A stretch of DNA of 64,000 nucleotides from the NCBI RefSeq assembly GCF_018350175.1, contig NC_058368.1:111912001-111976000 (forward strand). The letters are read 5' to 3'. Below the pieces are notes generated by a model. The model saw only the letters and a list, made by a program, of their open reading frames with translations, searched no databases and had not been told where the DNA came from. The translations under genes were made by a program, and so were the position numbers. This DNA is from Felis catus. Taxonomy: Eukaryota. This document shows, piece by piece, positions 61,980 through 64,000 of the stretch (its first letter is position 1; every line of letters begins with the position of its first letter).

Positions 61980-63109
61980 ACATTGTGGTGAAGTGTACAA
62001 TATATAAAAGTTACCACCTCAACCATTTTAAATGTGCAATTCACAGTGGTACGTATATTCACATTGCTGTGCACCTAATCTTAGAACCTTTTCATCTTGC
62101 AGAACTGCAACTCTAAACTCGTTACAAAACTCCCCCTCTTTCCAGCCCCTGGCAACCGCCATTGTGTTTCTTTCTATGACTACTCTAGAGACCTCATATA
62201 AGTAGGATCGTACAGTAATTGTCCGTTTGTCACTGGTTTATTTCGTGTAAAACGATGTCTTTAAGGTTCATCCATGTTGTAGCCTGTGTCAGAATTGCAT
62301 CGCTTTTTAAGGCTGAACGATACTCCAATGTATCACTCCACCGAATACACCACATTTTGTTTATCCATCCATTTGTCCATGGATACTTGGGTTTCTCCCA
62401 CCTTTTGGCTATTGTGAATAATGCAACTCTGCACATGGTGTACAAATACCTGTTTGATTCCTTGCTTTCAATTCTTTTGGAAATATACTCGGAAGGGGAA
62501 CTCCTGGATCATCCGGTGATTTTATGTTTAATATTTTGAGCAACCACCATGGCGGCCATAGTGGCTGCACCAGTTTACGTTCCCCCCAACAACGCACAAG
62601 GATTTGGACTCCTCCGTATTGTTGCCAACATTTGTTATTTTCTGTTTTGTAAAAAATAGTAGCCATCCCAATGAATGTGAGGTGATAGCTCATTGAGGTT
62701 TTCATGTGCGTTTCCCTAATGATTACTGATATTGAGTATCTTTTCATGTGCTGTTGGTCATTTGAACTGAACCTCTTCTTTAAAGAAATGTCTACTGAGG
62801 CGCCTGGGTGGTTCGGTCGGTTAAGCGTCCGACTTCAACTCAGGTCACGATCTCATGGTCCGTGAGTTCCAGCCCCACATCGGGCTCTGGGCTGATGGCT
62901 TAGAGCCTGGAGCCTGCTTCCAATTCTGTGTCTCCCTCTCTCTCTGCCCTTCCGCCCTTCATGCTCTGTCTCTCTCTGTCTCAAAAATAAATAAAACGTT
63001 AAAAAAATTAAAAAAAAATAAAGAAATGTCTACTTAGGTCTTTTGCCCATTTTTAAATTGAATTATTTTTTCCCATTATTGTAGGCATTGTTTTTTTTTT
63101 CTTTCTCTT

Positions 63110-63165
<56 letters not shown>

Positions 63166-63660
63166 AGCAGGGGAAAGTGGCAGAGGGAGAGACGGAGGGA
63201 GAATCCTAAGCAGGCTCCACCCTCAGCATAGAGCCTGACATGGAGCTCGATCCCACAACCCTGGGATCATGACCTCAGCCGAATTCAAGAGTCAGACGCT
63301 CACCGGACTGCACCACCCAGACTCCCCCTGTACACTTCTTTATATATTCTGGATATTAACCCTTATCAGATATAGGATTTACAAATACTCTCTCCCATCC
63401 CATAGGTTACCATTTCTCTCTGTTGATTGATCCTTTGATGCAGAGTTTTAAATTTTTATATAGTCCAGTGTACCTATTTTTAATTTTTGCCTGTGGTTTT
63501 TACTATCATATCTAAGTCATCATTGCCAAATCCAGTGTCATAAAGATTTTCCTCCAAGAGCTGTGGGGTTTTAGCTCCCACGTTTAAATTTTTAATCCAT
63601 TTTGAAACAATTTTTGTATACCACCTAAGGTCAAGGTCCAAATACATGTGGATGTGCAGC
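61980..63660 (-). mobile_element. Antisense L1MA/MB-like 3' region with Can-SINEs at 62798-63020 (+) and 63090-63327 (-; (GA)n at 63113-63161)
   Basis: ORF2 C-terminal remnants (MKRYSISVIIRETHMKTSMSYHLT; ALFTIAKRWEKPKYPWTNGWINKMW); SINE TSD AAAGAAATGTCTACT. Confidence 0.88.
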
Positions 63661-63681
63661 TTTCCTACAAAGAGTTATTTT

Positions 63682-63840
63682 TTTGTTGGAGGCGAGAGGG
63701 GCGGAGAGAGAGGGAGAGAGAGAATCCCAAGCAGGTTCCACACCCAGCACAGAGCCTGATGTGGGGCTCGACCGTGAGATCATGACCTGAACAGAAATCA
63801 AGAGTCGGACGCTTAACCGACTGAGCCACCCAGGCACCCC
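63682..63840 (-). mobile_element. Can-SINE
   Basis: Perfect TSD TACAAAGAGTTATTTT at 63666 and 63841. Confidence 0.94.
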
Positions 63841-64000
63841 TACAAAGAGTTATTTTCAGATAAGATTTATGACTGATGGTGACAATGTACCGTATTTGAC
63901 CATATGAGGCAACATAAAATATTTTACATACCTTGGTAACAATATAAAACAAAGTGCCTCCAAATTTACCTTGTAGTTTTTGTTAATTTTATGTTCCCAT

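Noticed and set aside
62219..62747. ORFs resembling L1 ORF2
   Set aside because: Frameshifted fossil L1 fragments, not an active element or a gene.

Overview
This is mammalian genomic DNA, almost certainly from a felid: it carries about 28 carnivore tRNA-derived Can-SINEs, many with SINEC_Fc-like sequence and intact target-site duplications (TSDs). It is syntenic with the human 5q31.1 interval PITX1-MACROH2A1-DCANP1-TIFAB-NEUROG1. The minus strand carries the 5' end of MACROH2A1/H2AFY: a CpG-island promoter, non-coding exon 1 at ~10998-11180 and the first coding exon at 602-806. It also carries the whole TIFAB gene. Between the two lie ~37 kb of repeat-rich DNA with candidate enhancers and one strong CTCF motif; a second strong CTCF motif lies beyond TIFAB. 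Main observations: (1) the canonical TIFAB ATG reads ACG. An exon-1 ATG restores the frame only through the second of two splice donors 5 nt apart, giving a 214-aa protein versus a 46-aa frameshifted peptide. (2) A disabled, non-coding counterpart of human DCANP1 lies downstream of TIFAB. (3) There is a polyadenylated 28S rRNA 3'-end retrocopy. (4) A TSD-flanked insertion contains sequence I cannot assign to a repeat family. I found no prokaryotic-type system or CRISPR array. Comparisons with human sequences and repeat consensuses are from memory, not from searches, and repeat boundaries are approximate.
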